Positions 19,968 through 31,272 of a DNA stretch of 64,000 nucleotides are shown here, piece by piece. The stretch comes from Candidatus Omnitrophota bacterium (GTDB taxonomy: Bacteria; Omnitrophota; Gorgyraeia; Zapsychrales; JAKLDJ01): assembly GCA_022703585.1 (NCBI GenBank), contig JAKLDJ010000001.1, positions 676,006-740,005 of the forward strand. Reading direction: 5' to 3'. The position numbers and the translations under genes were made by a program. The notes beneath the pieces were generated by a model, which made no database searches, had not been told where the DNA came from, and saw nothing but the letters and a program-made list of their open reading frames with translations. How positions within the stretch are numbered: position 1 is the first letter of the stretch; every line of letters starts with the position of its first letter.

Positions 19968-21251
19968 ATGGTTGGATTGATTGCAAAGCTTAAAAACAGC
20001 AGATTTCTCCGGCTATGGCTGGGTCAAGTTTTTTCTCAGTTTGGCGATCGCATTAACCAGATGGCCTTGATTGGGCTTATTGCCGGCCGCACCCCCGGCT
20101 CGGCGGTTGAGTTGGCTAAATTGTTGTCATTTACCATCATCCCGGTTTTTATTATCGGTCCTGTCGCGGGTGTTTATGTGGACCGCTGGGATAAACGCAC
20201 CACCCTTTTCGTCTGTGATTTTCTGCGCGGTCTTCTGGTTTTAACCATACCGTTTATTTTCATCGACCGCGGTTCGATGATCCCTATTTATGCGGTTGTC
20301 TTCCTGGCATTTTGTCTCAGCCGTTTTTATGTCCCTGCCAAGATGTCTATTATTCCCGATCTGGTAGGAGAAAAAGACCTGTTGATGGCTAATTCCCTGG
20401 TAACGACAACGGGGATGATTGCTTTTATCCTGGGGTGTGTATCGGGCGGATTTATCGTCGAGAAATTTGGCGCCAAGGGCGGATTTATTTGCGATGCGGC
20501 CACGTTTTTCGTTTCAGGGATTCTCGTATTTTCTATCGGCAGCCAGTTCCGGATGAAAATCAATACTTCCGAAATTATTGGCATCAGCAAAGAAGTCATG
20601 ACGGTTATCAAAAAGTCGGTTTTAAGCGAGATTAAAGAAGGCGTCAGCTATCTCATCAATCATAAAGACATACGCTTTATCGTTAGCACACTTTTTATCC
20701 TTTTTTCGGCGGCGGGCGCTATCTATGTCGTGATTATCGTTTTTGTGCAGGAGGCCTTTCACAGCGTAACCCGCGACTTGGGGCTATTAGCGGTCTTTTT
20801 GGGGCTGGGGCTTTTCTTAGGGTCCCTGATCTATGGCCGTTGGGGGCAGAGACCGTCAAAATTTAAGGTGATTTTTTTCTGTTTGTTCTTAGGGGGCCTG
20901 ATGGTAATATTATTTTCGGCGGTGGTGCATAAAGTACAAAATCTTTCAGTGGCGGCAAGCTTGACGTTTCTATTGGGCCTTATCTTGGGACCGATTATGA
21001 TTGCTGCGAACACGGTAGTTCATGAGGTGAGCGACGAGGGCATGCGCGGCAAAGTTTTTAGCTTCCTTGAAATTGTCATGCATTTAGGTTTCTTGATCGC
21101 GATGCTGGTTAGTTCTATTCTCGCAGAATATATCGCGCATTTTTGGATTCTGATCGGCGTGGGCTCGGTTTTTTCTTTTATCGGCCTGATCGGCCTTCTA
21201 CGGTACAAGAAAGAAGGGTCCAACCTTGCAACTGAAAGGGTTTTTCAATGA
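19968..21251 (+). CDS. MFS transporter
   Basis: 12-TM architecture and an N-terminus (FLRLWLGQVFSQFGDRINQMALIGL) typical of MFS_1. GGAG SD. Confidence 0.8.
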   Translation: MVGLIAKLKNSRFLRLWLGQVFSQFGDRINQMALIGLIAGRTPGSAVELAKLLSFTIIPVFIIGPVAGVYVDRWDKRTTLFVCDFLRGLLVLTIPFIFIDRGSMIPIYAVVFLAFCLSRFYVPAKMSIIPDLVGEKDLLMANSLVTTTGMIAFILGCVSGGFIVEKFGAKGGFICDAATFFVSGILVFSIGSQFRMKINTSEIIGISKEVMTVIKKSVLSEIKEGVSYLINHKDIRFIVSTLFILFSAAGAIYVVIIVFVQEAFHSVTRDLGLLAVFLGLGLFLGSLIYGRWGQRPSKFKVIFFCLFLGGLMVILFSAVVHKVQNLSVAASLTFLLGLILGPIMIAANTVVHEVSDEGMRGKVFSFLEIVMHLGFLIAMLVSSILAEYIAHFWILIGVGSVFSFIGLIGLLRYKKEGSNLATERVFQ

Positions 21252-21850
21252 TGAACTTTGCGGTCTTTGCTTCGGGAAACGGCAGTAACCTGCAGGCCAT
21301 TATTAACGCTGTTAAAAAAGGCCGTGTCCGGGCCAATCTGAAACTTGTTGTTTCCGATAACCCGTCGGCTTATGCCTTGAAGCGTGCCAAGAAAGCAAAC
21401 ATCAGATCAATTGTGGTTGAGCCAATTGGTTTTCCCGACCGGGAAAGTTTTGACCGGGAAATAATTAAGCGCTTGGAGCAGGAGCAAATTGATTTTATTG
21501 TGCTGGCCGGTTTTATGCGTATCTTAAGCCCGGTTTTTATCCGGAAATACCCGCATAAAATCCTTAATATCCACCCCGCGATTTTGCCTGCGTTTAAAGG
21601 CGCACATGCGATTAAGGATGCCTTTGAATATGGGGTTAAGGTTACGGGCGTAACCGTTCATTTCATCGACGAAAAAGTTGACCACGGCCCGATTATCCTG
21701 CAGGAACTCGTTAAAGTCTCTCCTCGGGGCACACTCGCCAGCCTCGAGAAGAAAATCCACGCGATCGAGCACAAAATCTATCCCAAAGCGGTCGATCTCT
21801 TTGCCCGCGGCTGTATAAAAATCCATGGGCGCACGGTTAAAATTCGTTGA
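21248..21850 (+). CDS. purN: phosphoribosylglycinamide formyltransferase
   Basis: FASGNGSNLQAII, HPAILPAFKG and VTGVTVHFIDEKVDHGPII motifs. ATGATGA overlap with the upstream stop. Confidence 0.9.
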   Translation: MMNFAVFASGNGSNLQAIINAVKKGRVRANLKLVVSDNPSAYALKRAKKANIRSIVVEPIGFPDRESFDREIIKRLEQEQIDFIVLAGFMRILSPVFIRKYPHKILNIHPAILPAFKGAHAIKDAFEYGVKVTGVTVHFIDEKVDHGPIILQELVKVSPRGTLASLEKKIHAIEHKIYPKAVDLFARGCIKIHGRTVKIR

Positions 21851-21939
21851 CCTTCCGGAATATTTCCCAGAATTCTGCTATTAAATTTCTTGAATCAAAG
21901 CCAAGGACAGAATTTTATTAGGAAAGATTTCTAGCGGAT

Positions 21940-22908
21940 TTACTTGAAAGCAGATAGCTGTGATTTGTCAAACAGATAGGTATCGTTAGTACGCAAATCC
22001 AGAAGTTTTACGCCGGTAAAGTCGCTAAAATTATACGCCGATGTTGCCTCAATGATCATACGGGCAATTTCGACCGGCGTGTTGTCGCCGGGCGGAAAAC
22101 TGCTTGTCTGGTATCGAAAAGTGACGCGGTTTAAAATCTGTTTGGTCAGGAATTCTTCCCAAGAAATATCCCGATATTCCAGATATTTTCCTTTCGTGTC
22201 TCCGATTATTCTCTCATCACCGCTGAATTCTGAAATATATCTTTGGCTATATTCCTCAAACGGCATCTCCTGGGCCATATAACGCCTGAAGTCCTGAAAG
22301 TAAAATATCCCCCTTGATTCGATGCCGTTGGTGATATCTGCGATTACGACGACAAAAAACAGAGGAGTTTTTTGCCTGCTGACGTAATCGTTAATAAGGT
22401 CTATACGTTTTTGTTCCGCTTCGGGGTCGTTCGATTCGGTTTCACCGGGCATTTCTTCGATATTAAAATAAACCCTGGTAATGGTGGTCAGGATATTGTT
22501 CTGTTTCTTGGTGTACTCTGGCGAGTAAGCATTGCCGTATCCGTAATCCTTGGGCGGTTTAGTCGCGGGGATAATATCGTATTCCAGGGAGAAGTTTCTG
22601 AAAGAATTTTTAATTTCAAAACGGACGTCTAAGAATTGAACAGAAAACTTCTTTTTCTCCGCGGGCGCGGACTTTCCGTTGGCCTTGAAAGCAAAAATAC
22701 TTTCCTTAATCGGCAGATAAATCCACTGGGTGTTGCCGACGGTCTTGGTGATGACGTCGTAACTGAATTCTTCCTTACAGATTTTAAGAAATTTCTGATC
22801 GGCCTGGCTTTGGCTGTAGAGGGGGGACTTGAATGGATCCGAACAGCTTGACAGCAGGCCCAATGAGAGGCAGGCGATCACAAAAGCGGAGATTTTCTTG
22901 AATGGCAT
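21940..22908 (-). CDS. lipoprotein, hypothetical
   Basis: Signal peptide with the lipobox LSSC. No recognisable domain. Confidence 0.5.
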   Translation of the reverse strand: MPFKKISAFVIACLSLGLLSSCSDPFKSPLYSQSQADQKFLKICKEEFSYDVITKTVGNTQWIYLPIKESIFAFKANGKSAPAEKKKFSVQFLDVRFEIKNSFRNFSLEYDIIPATKPPKDYGYGNAYSPEYTKKQNNILTTITRVYFNIEEMPGETESNDPEAEQKRIDLINDYVSRQKTPLFFVVVIADITNGIESRGIFYFQDFRRYMAQEMPFEEYSQRYISEFSGDERIIGDTKGKYLEYRDISWEEFLTKQILNRVTFRYQTSSFPPGDNTPVEIARMIIEATSAYNFSDFTGVKLLDLRTNDTYLFDKSQLSAFK

Positions 22909-22914
22909 TTTTAA

Positions 22915-25404
22915 TTACGCCTGTTCGCGGGATAAAGGCTTAAGACCAAATTGGTTAAAGATCGCCGTGATTTCGTCGTATTCAAGTTCCTGGCGGCGTA
23001 GCAGTTCCTGGGCAAAGCGTTCGAATAAATCCCGGTGCTCTAGAAGGGTGTTTTCGACTTCTTTTATGCAGGATTGCAGGATGTTTTGAATATCTTCATC
23101 CAAGGTTTCTTTTGTCTTCTCAGAAACGTTTAGCGTTCCCTGATAGGATTGCACGGAGAGAAAATCGCCGACCAGGCCGGATTTTCCCATACCTAAACTC
23201 AGTACCATATGACGGGCAATCGACATGGCATTGTAAAAATCGCTGCCGCGCCCGCCGCCGACACCCGAACCGGTCAGGCCGAATTTTATTTTTTCCGCGG
23301 CATAAGCGGCAACACCGACCTTGATATCGGCCAGCAATTTTTCTTTATTCGCGGAATGGGTTTCTTCTATGGGCCGGCTGGAGACCATGCCTAAATTCCC
23401 CTTACGGGGAATGATGGTCGCCTTGATAACATCATCGGTAGGATGGAGCAGGTAACCGATAATGGCGTGTCCGGCTTCATGGTAGGCGGTCCAGACCTTT
23501 TCTTTTTCCGTCATCAAGATGTTGGATTTGTCTCCGTATTGAATGCGGTCGTAGGCGGCGGAAAGGTCTTTGTAGGTGAGCACGCCTCTTTTTTCTCTTA
23601 ACGCAAAGATGCCGGCTTCACGGATCATGCTATCGATTTGAGAGGGGGAGAAGTAGAGTGTTTTACGTGCCAAAAGATCGGGATCGCAGGAATGATCGGT
23701 TTTAACCCGCGATAAATAAAATTTAAAGAGGGATTTACGTTCTTCCAGGTTGGGCAAGGCAATATAGATTTTGCGGTCAAACCGTCCGGCACGCATCAGG
23801 GCCGGGTCAAGCATGTTTTCCGGCGCGTTGGTAGCGGCCAGGACAAAGATATTATTTTCTTCGTGCCGCAGGCCGTCCATTTCGGTTAAGAGCTGGTTGA
23901 TGGCGGCGTTCATGCTGGCGGTGCCGCCGAATCCCTGATCGAGCACGCGCGGAAAAGCAAAGGCATCAATTTCGTCGATAAAAATAATACACCCGCCTTC
24001 GGCCCGGGCGAGTTTTCTGGCTTCGCTAAAGGTTTCTTCTACCTTGCGGGCGCCTTCACCCACCCACATGCGGACAAAATCGCTGCCGGTCCGGGAGATA
24101 AATGGAAATCCTGATTCGGTGGCCATGGCCTTAGCCAGATAAGTTTTTCCGCAACCCGGCGGGCCCAAAAAGATGACTCCTTTAATGATTTTTCCGCCGA
24201 CGGCCTGCAACTTGATGCGGTCTTTAAGTAATTCGACGACTTCCCAGGCCTCTTTCTTGGCGCCCTCCATGCCGATGACGTTTTCCCAAGGGACATTGAC
24301 TCTTTCCCCGAGGATCTTATCTCCTCCGACTTTTTCCAAAGACGAAATAATGCGGCGCAGGGCAACGTCAAGATTGTTTTGCGAAATAGTTGCGGAAGAT
24401 TCGCGCATGGCGATCACATTGGCTTCTCGCACCAGGTTGTTGATGTCGGAAGCCGAAAACCATTTGGCTTTCTCCGCGAAGGCCTCGATATTGATGACGG
24501 GATCGTATTTGACCTTTGATAAATAATACTTAAGCAGCGCGGCCCGTTCGCGGGCATTGGGTTTTTCCACGTAAATCTTGCGGTCGAAGCGCCCCGAACG
24601 TAAAATAGCCGGGTCGATTTCTTCCTCGTTCATGTTGGTGGCGGCGATGACGATGACATTTTTGTCTGCGTTACGCAATCCGTCCATCTCGGTCAAGAAC
24701 TGGTTGATGGTGGCATTATAGGAAGTGTCGGCCATGGAATAGGAGGGAATCTGTTTGGCGGTCTGCCTTTGCCGGGCGAAAGCGTCGATTTCGTCAATAA
24801 AGATAATGCACCCGCCGTGAATCTTGGCTAATTCCCGTGCCTGCTTAAAAAGGGACTTCATGCGCGCGGCGCCCTGGCCCATGAACATCGCGACAAATTC
24901 GCTGCCCACCGCCGAAATCATTGGCAGCCCGCATTCGGTGGCCATGGCCTTGGCCAGATAGGTTTTTCCACAGCCCGGCGGCCCGATGAGAAGGGTCCCT
25001 TTGATAATACTGCCTTTGGCATCTTTTTGTTGGGCGTGATCTTTAAGCAGCTTGACCACTTCCATGGCGTCTTTTTTAGCCTCATCGATGCCGATGATAT
25101 CCTCCCATTTGACATTGACGGCGTCGATTTTTGTCCGACGGAATGTCCCTAAGCCTTTGCCTGTCATAATGTAGTAGTACATTGCGAAAATAAAGGGGAG
25201 GGTCAAAAGTTGTGCGAAGAACATCATGGGCAGATAGAGCGCCATCTGGCCGGCCATCTGTCTCTTTGAAAAGCTTTCCAGGGACCGGAACCCGTGGAAC
25301 GTTAAAATGATAAATGTTACAAGTCCGGACAAGAGGGCGGCAAAAATGAGGATGAGGAGGATTTTAAGCCAGTTAACCTTAAGCCAGATAATGAATTTTT
25401 GCAT
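22915..25404 (-). CDS. FtsH-family membrane zinc metalloprotease with two tandem AAA+ modules
   Basis: Two N-terminal TM helices. AAA module 1 has GPPGCGKT, IIFIDEIDA and ATNMNEEEIDPAILRSGRFDRKIYV. AAA module 2 has GPPGCGKT, IIFIDEIDA and ATNAPENMLDPALMRAGRFDRKIYI. An M41 peptidase domain with HEAGH follows. Confidence 0.85.
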   Translation of the reverse strand: MQKFIIWLKVNWLKILLILIFAALLSGLVTFIILTFHGFRSLESFSKRQMAGQMALYLPMMFFAQLLTLPFIFAMYYYIMTGKGLGTFRRTKIDAVNVKWEDIIGIDEAKKDAMEVVKLLKDHAQQKDAKGSIIKGTLLIGPPGCGKTYLAKAMATECGLPMISAVGSEFVAMFMGQGAARMKSLFKQARELAKIHGGCIIFIDEIDAFARQRQTAKQIPSYSMADTSYNATINQFLTEMDGLRNADKNVIVIAATNMNEEEIDPAILRSGRFDRKIYVEKPNARERAALLKYYLSKVKYDPVINIEAFAEKAKWFSASDINNLVREANVIAMRESSATISQNNLDVALRRIISSLEKVGGDKILGERVNVPWENVIGMEGAKKEAWEVVELLKDRIKLQAVGGKIIKGVIFLGPPGCGKTYLAKAMATESGFPFISRTGSDFVRMWVGEGARKVEETFSEARKLARAEGGCIIFIDEIDAFAFPRVLDQGFGGTASMNAAINQLLTEMDGLRHEENNIFVLAATNAPENMLDPALMRAGRFDRKIYIALPNLEERKSLFKFYLSRVKTDHSCDPDLLARKTLYFSPSQIDSMIREAGIFALREKRGVLTYKDLSAAYDRIQYGDKSNILMTEKEKVWTAYHEAGHAIIGYLLHPTDDVIKATIIPRKGNLGMVSSRPIEETHSANKEKLLADIKVGVAAYAAEKIKFGLTGSGVGGGRGSDFYNAMSIARHMVLSLGMGKSGLVGDFLSVQSYQGTLNVSEKTKETLDEDIQNILQSCIKEVENTLLEHRDLFERFAQELLRRQELEYDEITAIFNQFGLKPLSREQA

Positions 25405-25681
25405 AGGGACGTTTTACCTTTTTCGGGTTTATAGATTAATAGTAATATAACATATTATTCCAAAATTTCATTATTAACCTTTTTCTTTCCAACGACAGGG
25501 GCGTAGAGTTCACTTTCGTCGGGAAAAAGGTAATATTGACATCCTTATGTTTCTTTGGTCATAAGAAAGTCAATAAATATCGGGATGAAAGAATGAACCC
25601 CTTGACTTCAAATACAATATGTGTTAATTTGGTCATAATTTATTTAAAAGAAAATCACTCTTTCGGGTGTTCTGGTTCTAA

Positions 25682-26974
<1,293 letters not shown>

Positions 26975-27000
26975 TAGCGTCAGTCTTCAGCTGTTGGTTT

Positions 27001-27028
27001 GACAGCTGACAGCTGACAGCTGACAGCT
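27001..27028. repeat. tandem heptamer (GACAGCT)x4 directly upstream of the ftsB start codon
   Basis: gacagctgacagctgacagctgacagct. It forms overlapping CAGCTG palindromes. Confidence 0.8.
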
Positions 27029-27029
27029 T

Positions 27030-27311
27030 ATGTTAAAAAACGCTATTTGGCTTTTTGTTATTACGGTTATTATCCTGGTTGTTTTCTTGCCGTCATACAC
27101 GCAGATGCAGGATTTGAAGCAGAAGAATGCCGAGTACACCCGCCAGATCCGGGTGCTTAAGCAGGAAAATAACCGTATGGGTTTAGAAATAAACCGCCTG
27201 GAGAATGACCCGATTTATTTGGAAAAAATTGCCCGCGAAAGAATGGGGCTTGTCCGCGAGGGCGAAGTGGTTTACAGAATTACGCCGGTCTTAAATAAGC
27301 AAGGAAAATAG
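27030..27311 (+). CDS. ftsB: cell-division protein FtsB/DivIC family (septum formation initiator)
   Basis: N-terminal TM helix, then a coiled-coil (QDLKQKNAEYTRQIRVLKQENNRMGLEINRLENDPIYLEKIARE). Confidence 0.75.
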   Translation: MLKNAIWLFVITVIILVVFLPSYTQMQDLKQKNAEYTRQIRVLKQENNRMGLEINRLENDPIYLEKIARERMGLVREGEVVYRITPVLNKQGK

Positions 27312-27519
27312 ACGGCTGGATCAAGATAATAGCGTTTCGGCGGATTCGTGCTATACTATACCGGCTTGAGTAGGAATTTAACGGAAGTGCTTGTAGAGCG
27401 GGGCAGCCATTTGGCTTCCTCAGCCTAAAAGGGCGATTTAAGAAAAGCCAAATGCAGCCCCGCGATATGAGCGCTTCCTGAAGATAAAGAACTTGTTCTT
27501 TATAATGAAGCGCTCATAT

Positions 27520-27593
<74 letters not shown>

Positions 27594-27604
27594 TGGTTCG
27601 ACGC

Positions 27605-27668
27605 GCCCTTCGCTTCGCTCAGGGCTTGCTCACCACAAGCCAAAATTGAGTGAGGCGAAGGGCTTTTT
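27605..27668 (+). terminator. rho-independent terminator after tRNA-fMet
   Basis: GCCCTTCGCTTCGCTCA...TGAGTGAGGCGAAGGGC followed by TTTTT. Confidence 0.6.
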
Positions 27669-27744
27669 CATATAGGGCGCGGAGGACCACCCTGAGCGAG
27701 CCCAAAGGGCGAGCCGAAGGGCCAATTTATGATATAATCTTTCC

Positions 27745-27993
27745 ATGTGGTATCTGTATATCCTCGAATGTAAAAACGGTCAATTTTATACCGGCATAAC
27801 AGATGATATTGAGCAGCGTTTCATGGAACACAAAGACGGTAAAGGCGGCCATTTCACGAAAAAGTACGGCACGAACAGACTCCTTTATCATAAATCATTT
27901 CCAGCCAAGCATGAGGCTGTGCTAAGAGAGAAACAAGTCAAAGGCTGGTCCCGGAAAAAGAAGCTCATGCTTATTGAGGGGGTATTAAAATAG
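27745..27993 (+). CDS. GIY-YIG nuclease family protein (UPF0213-type)
   Basis: WYLYILECKNGQFYTGITDDIEQRFMEHK. TATAAT at 27729-27734. Confidence 0.8.
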   Translation: MWYLYILECKNGQFYTGITDDIEQRFMEHKDGKGGHFTKKYGTNRLLYHKSFPAKHEAVLREKQVKGWSRKKKLMLIEGVLK

Positions 27994-28110
27994 AAAGGCC
28001 AGGGTGCCGCAACCAGATCAAGCCCGTGTCCACGCTTGCCTATTCTAACTAATATGCTATACTTTTCCGCATCTTATCCCGTAAACAACCATTTCATAAA
28101 GGAGACTAAA

Positions 28111-28827
28111 GTGAATACAAAAAGAAACATCGTTGTCCTGGCGCTGGCTATCGTTGCCTTCGCCAGCCAGGGAGCCTTAGCCCAGACCAATGAACAGGAA
28201 CCGTTGGTTCCTCAGGTCATGAAGGGAAGAGGCGTCACGATCAATCAGGTTGATTCGAAATACGTCGAGCAAAACGGCATGGTTGAATTGATTCCGTCGC
28301 ATCAAGTCGTATTTAATGCGGCAGATGATGTCGCCGTGGTCCATTTCATAGACCCGGATTATCCGGGCTGGGTTTATTCGAACAGCTTTGATATTGATAT
28401 GATGATTAGTAGCGAAGGAAAATTATCAGCTCGCCGGGCGTTTGTCTCGATGACCGTAACACAGGGCCCGAGGACGAATACCGTTAAAATTATTATGGAT
28501 GCAGAAAATAAAAAAGTGGTTTTTGAGCAATATTACGGGTCCACTCTGGCCTTGGTGCATGAAGAGCCGGTTAGCCTGCGTCCCGACTGGACGTATCATG
28601 TGAACATTATCCGCGATATCAATGATCCCGACCATGATGTTTTCGGAATATTTCCTGCCGGACCGCTGCCGCCTGACGTCGAGCCTCATTCGGTGACATT
28701 TGTTAAAAGCTTTAAGGATATCGGGTTTCCGATGCAGACCGACCTTAGAGGCGCGTTCTATTTTGTCGGAGCGGAGAAATCAAAGGTTTCTTTTTGGAAG
28801 GAGTCCTTGCGGCTGGTACGGGAATAA
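28111..28827 (+). CDS. secreted protein, hypothetical
   Basis: GTG start with the SD AAGGAG 8 nt upstream. The signal peptide ends ALA-QT. The track's ATG at 28036 lies upstream without an SD. Confidence 0.55.
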   Translation: MNTKRNIVVLALAIVAFASQGALAQTNEQEPLVPQVMKGRGVTINQVDSKYVEQNGMVELIPSHQVVFNAADDVAVVHFIDPDYPGWVYSNSFDIDMMISSEGKLSARRAFVSMTVTQGPRTNTVKIIMDAENKKVVFEQYYGSTLALVHEEPVSLRPDWTYHVNIIRDINDPDHDVFGIFPAGPLPPDVEPHSVTFVKSFKDIGFPMQTDLRGAFYFVGAEKSKVSFWKESLRLVRE

Positions 28828-28854
28828 TAATGTAGTATTTAATGCCAAGAAGAT

Positions 28855-28887
28855 GCCGCATAACAAAACCGTTATGCGGCATTTTTT
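28855..28887 (+). terminator. rho-independent terminator
   Basis: GCCGCATAAC-aaaacc-GTTATGCGGC followed by ATTTTTT. Confidence 0.8.
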
Positions 28888-28928
28888 AGCGACAGACACT
28901 TACGCGGCATACTGCCTTGCCCCACAAT

Positions 28929-28947
28929 CTGAAGGTCGCACGTTCAA
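28929..28947 (+). repeat. 19-nt direct repeat of the tRNA-fMet 3' half (CTGAAGGTCGCACGTTCAA); 22 of 23 nt match with flanks
   Basis: Identical to 27560-27578 inside the tRNA-fMet gene. It bounds the GIY-YIG plus secreted-protein islet, in an att-site-like arrangement. Confidence 0.7.
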
Positions 28948-29163
28948 CGCTTGTGAGCGAAGCGAACACATACGACTTCGTGTCTTTCTAATGATTCGCT
29001 TTATTTTTAAAGATAGGGTTCGCTGATCGTGTTCCGCAACCAGACAAGCACCCTAAGCCGTTTCGGTTTCTTTTTTGGGGAGGGTATATCCGGATGCGTT
29101 CCTCTGGCAACCTGCCGTCTCTAGATTTAGTTTGGAAAACAGGAAAAAAAGGAAGTAAACAGT

Positions 29164-31272
29164 ATGGCTTGGATTGAGCGATGCCTTTTCGAAGAGAATA
29201 TCAGCCACAGCGAAGAGAATCCATCAAAGCAGTCTTTTCTTAAAAGGCAGAAATGGGTGATGGTAGGTTTTGCGATGCTTATATTCGGAATAAGTTTTCT
29301 TGAGTATAGGCAGCCATATTATTTCGTGCAGGATGATAATTTTGCGCAGTTTCTTTCTGTTGTTTTGGAAGGCTGTCGTGCTTTTATGAAAGGCGCAATT
29401 TTAGATTGGAGCCCGTATCAATTTCTCGGTTTTCCTGTCGCGAGTACGGGAGAGTATGCCTTAACGTATCCCCCCACATATTTTTCGTTCATTATAGCCC
29501 GCTATCTTCTGGGGAATGAACTATTGACTCTTGATGTGTTTTGCATTCTTCACCTTGTTGCGGGATATTTTGCCGCCTATTGGCTCTTATGGCGTAATAA
29601 ATTGCATCCTTTTCTTGCGGCGGCCGGTAGTTTGTCATTTATCCTGTCAGGGTATACGCTTATCGCAGGGCGCTCCTGGTTTCCTATGATTGCTTCGGTT
29701 GTGTGGATACCGCTTTTATTCTTATCGGTTACTGTGCTTAAGCAAGGCAATCCTGGCTGGAAGTGGATTATCGGCACAGGGTCTATGGTAGGTATTTTCT
29801 TCCATGCCGGGCATGCGCAGATGTGGATGTATGCGATAATGTTTTTTTTATTTTCGCTTACAGTTTTGTTTTGTTCGGGTCAACTGTCTTTCCGTAAAGT
29901 TTTATATGCGATCCCTGCGCTTCTATTCGGCTTAGCGATTGCCATGCCGTTGCTCATTCCTCAATGGTCAATCGTCCGAGGTATTCCGAGAGATCCCTTT
30001 CTGGTATCGGGTATCCCCTATAAGGGCATAGGGGCAATGCTCTTGCCTTTTCCTTTTATCCGTGCCCCATTCCCGGAAACAAGCTGGGGGACTGTCTATG
30101 ACCAAGGGCACCTGACGCCCTTCTATTATTCAGGAACGATATTTTTCGCGGTTTTTTTGGGAGCCATTTTAGCTATTTCGATTTTGTTATTATTTGGAAA
30201 GAATAAGCGGCTATTGCTCAAACGATTCATAGCGGATAATATTTGGATCATCTTAGCCTTGTTAGCCTTGGTGCTTGCGATGGGCCATCGCGGCTTATTA
30301 TGGACTATTCAGGCTCAACTCCCTATCTTTAATAAATTCAGGATGCCCTTTAAGTTTTTACACTACTTTAATTTATTTGCCGTAATGGGAGGGGGCGTGA
30401 TTATAGAGCGGTGTCTTCGCACGGCGCGCAAGAAGGAGCTCTGGGCATTGTTTCTCGGTACAGCTGTCTGCAGCTTAATGCTGTATCATGTCAGCCTTTC
30501 CAGTGCCAGTTTTTATTCCTATGGCGATAGGCCCTCTCGTTTGCAATCATACAAAGATAGATTCAATATTTCAGATTTTTCTGATCGCGGGAATATTCGG
30601 CGAGTCTTAAGTTTAACTTCCGATCGTAGCCCTAAAAGCGGCTATGTATTTTCTCTCAACCATAATTTTCCAACTTTCTTCCATGTCCATGCTTTCGGGG
30701 GATACGACTACTTTATTGATAAATCTCCTTATTTTTCCAAGGCAAAGGAAAATCTGTTCTCTCGTCCTTCGGAAGCGGCTATTGCTTACGGCATACGGTG
30801 GGTTGTTATCGACAGAGATATTGAAGAAAAGAAAATGGCAGATGCGCGTAGTTTAGGATTGGCAAGTTTCTTGCTTGCGCAGGGCGTAAAACGCCGGGTT
30901 ACTCCGGATTATGTCCTCGTTCGGCTTAACAATGCGCATCCCCTTGTATTTGTTGAGGGTCATCCCCGGGGAGCGTTGCCGTTTTCTGTCAAGAATAACG
31001 GCCTTGATATCGATACTTCGCGTATCTTGATTGCCGGAGGGCGCATCGTCATCAATATGCTTTGGCGGCCGGAAATCATGGTCATGCACGGCAAAGAGAA
31101 ATTAAAGTGCGAGGCCGATCTCTGGGGGAGGGTTGTTGCCGAGGTCCCTGCCCAGGTAAAAATTGTCAGTTTCCGGTATCTCCCGCCGTGGAAGGCAGGT
31201 TTTGCGGGAGGAATATTGTGTTTGGCCGGTGCTATCGCTGCCTATTTCTTACTAAGAATGAGAATTCTCTAA
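29164..31272 (+). CDS. YfhO-like polytopic membrane protein (putative GT-C glycosyltransferase)
   Basis: 702 aa with about 12 or more TM helices and a C-terminal soluble domain. Translationally coupled (TAAATG) to the downstream GT2 gene. Confidence 0.5.
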   Translation: MAWIERCLFEENISHSEENPSKQSFLKRQKWVMVGFAMLIFGISFLEYRQPYYFVQDDNFAQFLSVVLEGCRAFMKGAILDWSPYQFLGFPVASTGEYALTYPPTYFSFIIARYLLGNELLTLDVFCILHLVAGYFAAYWLLWRNKLHPFLAAAGSLSFILSGYTLIAGRSWFPMIASVVWIPLLFLSVTVLKQGNPGWKWIIGTGSMVGIFFHAGHAQMWMYAIMFFLFSLTVLFCSGQLSFRKVLYAIPALLFGLAIAMPLLIPQWSIVRGIPRDPFLVSGIPYKGIGAMLLPFPFIRAPFPETSWGTVYDQGHLTPFYYSGTIFFAVFLGAILAISILLLFGKNKRLLLKRFIADNIWIILALLALVLAMGHRGLLWTIQAQLPIFNKFRMPFKFLHYFNLFAVMGGGVIIERCLRTARKKELWALFLGTAVCSLMLYHVSLSSASFYSYGDRPSRLQSYKDRFNISDFSDRGNIRRVLSLTSDRSPKSGYVFSLNHNFPTFFHVHAFGGYDYFIDKSPYFSKAKENLFSRPSEAAIAYGIRWVVIDRDIEEKKMADARSLGLASFLLAQGVKRRVTPDYVLVRLNNAHPLVFVEGHPRGALPFSVKNNGLDIDTSRILIAGGRIVINMLWRPEIMVMHGKEKLKCEADLWGRVVAEVPAQVKIVSFRYLPPWKAGFAGGILCLAGAIAAYFLLRMRIL

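Noticed and set aside
28700-29026. 108-aa ORF downstream of the secreted protein gene.
   Set aside because: It spans a strong rho-independent terminator and the tRNA-fMet 3' repeat, and it begins inside the upstream gene. It is not a plausible gene.
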